From Gnetum montanum (lineage: Eukaryota; Plantae; Gnetophyta): a stretch of DNA of 64,000 nucleotides. Position 1 is the stretch's first letter, and every line of letters begins with the position of its first letter. Shown here in pieces: positions 62,404 to 64,000 of the stretch. Under the pieces are notes generated by a model. That model made no database searches. It was not told the DNA's origin and worked only from the letters and a program-made list of their open reading frames with translations. Location: the NCBI GenBank assembly GCA_015680685.1, contig MNCI01003186.1, forward strand, positions 1,081,570 to 1,145,569, in the 5' to 3' direction. The position numbers were made by a program, and so were the translations under genes.

Positions 62404-64000
62404 GAGAAGCTAGTCCTTGTGTGTATGCAGATGAAGGAGGAAGCATGGTTCCCTCCAGGAAAGGTTGGAATAATGGGTTTGTAGAGGTGCGAGTATTGAT
62501 GGTATGGTATGAATCCCCATGCTCTGATTGGATGGCAAAGTCATCTTCCTCATTTCCATTCGGAGGCTCTATCGGAGGTGGCTGTAAGGCTTGACTCCTT
62601 GCCAGGAGAAGCTGAAACATGAGTTGATGATGGTGTTTGGAAAGGGGGATTATGTCAAATGCTGAGGGAATGAACTCATGACCTCCCTTGTAGATGAGCT
62701 CATAGCTTCGCTTTGCCTCTCTTTCTATGAGATCGATAGGTAACTTGGCTTGGATTGTTACACAAATTAAGTTATATTGTTTAGGTGTGAGGATTGCGTA
62801 AGTAGGGTTGATGTAAGAAGATTCCATGGTAGTGTGCACAAGTTGATGACATGTGCAGCATAAGTAACTCACGATGTGCTTAACTAGCAGTGTGACTGAC
62901 AGACAGCATGATCAACTATGGCAGTGTGACCAACTACAGCGTGACCAACTACAATATGACTGATTGCAGTGTGACCAACTGCAATGTGACTTACTATAGC
63001 ATGAGAAACTGTAGCATGACTGACTGTAGTGCGACCAACTGCAACGTGACCAACTGATTCGAGTTTCAGTGTTTGGTAGCGTTAGTTGGGTATGTTTCGA
63101 CAAGATGATAAACAAGGTAGGCCCTTCTTCTAGGGCCAATTTACTGTACTGATCTAAATCGTCGATGTAAGGCTAGAAGGGAAAATAGACACCAAAAGAT
63201 TGTTGGGCAAGCACAGCTGACCCTACCTTCACCTGAGGACAAGCTGGAAAAGAGAACAATGATAGAGTGCCTTGGATGGTTTGCACACAAATCAACCAAG
63301 AACTTCCCCGAGCATAAGCTACGGCTAGCCCTGGGGTTATCGTAAATGGTGTAAACCGAATGTGAATGGAATGGAAACAACGACATGAAATGTAAATAGA
63401 GTGTAGAGTGTAAACAGAGACTAAATTGTAAACAAAGTGTAAATAGAGCTATATTGTAAACAAAGTGTAAATAGAGTAAACAATGTAAATGGTAGGCAAT
63501 AATGAATTGTATTGTACTGTTTAAACAAGAATGTGCACTGGTCAAAGCGTAGCTATGCGTATGGATGGCAGGTCAAGCACTAAGCCCCAAGATGATGTCT
63601 AAAGTGTTCAAATGCTAGGAGTCAAGTGTGTCTGACCATCCTAGGCTGCTGATTGACACATCCCAAGCCACCAACCTTCAAAATTGCCGATCTCATTTAT
63701 GTAAATCGGCAAGGTACTTATAGGGCTATACTAGGCTTAGGTGCAAAATTCTAGAATGGAATCAATGGCTGGGAGATGAGGGGAAATTAGATCTCATAAC
63801 ACATGTTCAATGGACAGCTGTGTATGAGTTGGATGTGTGTATGCAAGCGTTGGATATGTGTCGGGAACCTACGTTCCTAACTAGATACATTGCATTTTAC
63901 AACTTGTGGGTTATTCAAGCCCATGAAAGTATATTTAATTTAGAACATAAGGACATAACATGCCCACAAATGGGGATTTACAATGAAATTTACAACAAGA
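62404..64000 (-). mobile_element. 5' part of a second Tat/Ogre-like family: LTR (63145 to beyond the window), PBS, leader and gag N-terminus, truncated at 62404
   Basis: PBS TGGCCCTAGAAGAAGGGC at 63121-63138; ORF 62309-62872 AKRSYELIYKGGHEFIPSAFDIIPL is homologous to AKRNFEMIHRGGHDFTPTAYDIIPL at ~28290-28360. Confidence 0.85.

Overview
AT-rich land-plant nuclear DNA (GT-AG introns, plant LTR retrotransposons, APEM9). The backbone is a local segmental duplication of a convergent gene pair, RPA12 (Pol I subunit A12, + strand) and APEM9 (peroxisome biogenesis, - strand). Both copies of both genes are pseudogenes. Copy A is 502-33607, with its left part inverted and a copia fragment at the breakpoint; copy B is 49187-62375. 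Two complete, TSD-flanked LTR elements are present: a 17.5-kb Tat/Ogre-like Ty3/gypsy element (12867-30415, TSD ACAAT, in the last APEM9 intron) and a 7.3-kb Athila-like non-autonomous element with an intact Gag-protease ORF but no RT/integrase (39051-46344, TSD CCAAC). There are also LTR, LINE and SINE remnants and a ~30-bp satellite. The most striking observation is in the Tat/Ogre-like element. The ~5.2-kb protease-RT spacer looks like a sense-strand intron, and it holds an antisense gene of at least 7 exons (about 1056 codons, all splice phases consistent). That gene encodes an FCP1/SCP-type HAD phosphatase-like domain with degenerate catalytic motifs, a plant-transposon-type domain and a coiled-coil/acidic tail. 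All calls are by eye and hand translation; no searches were run.
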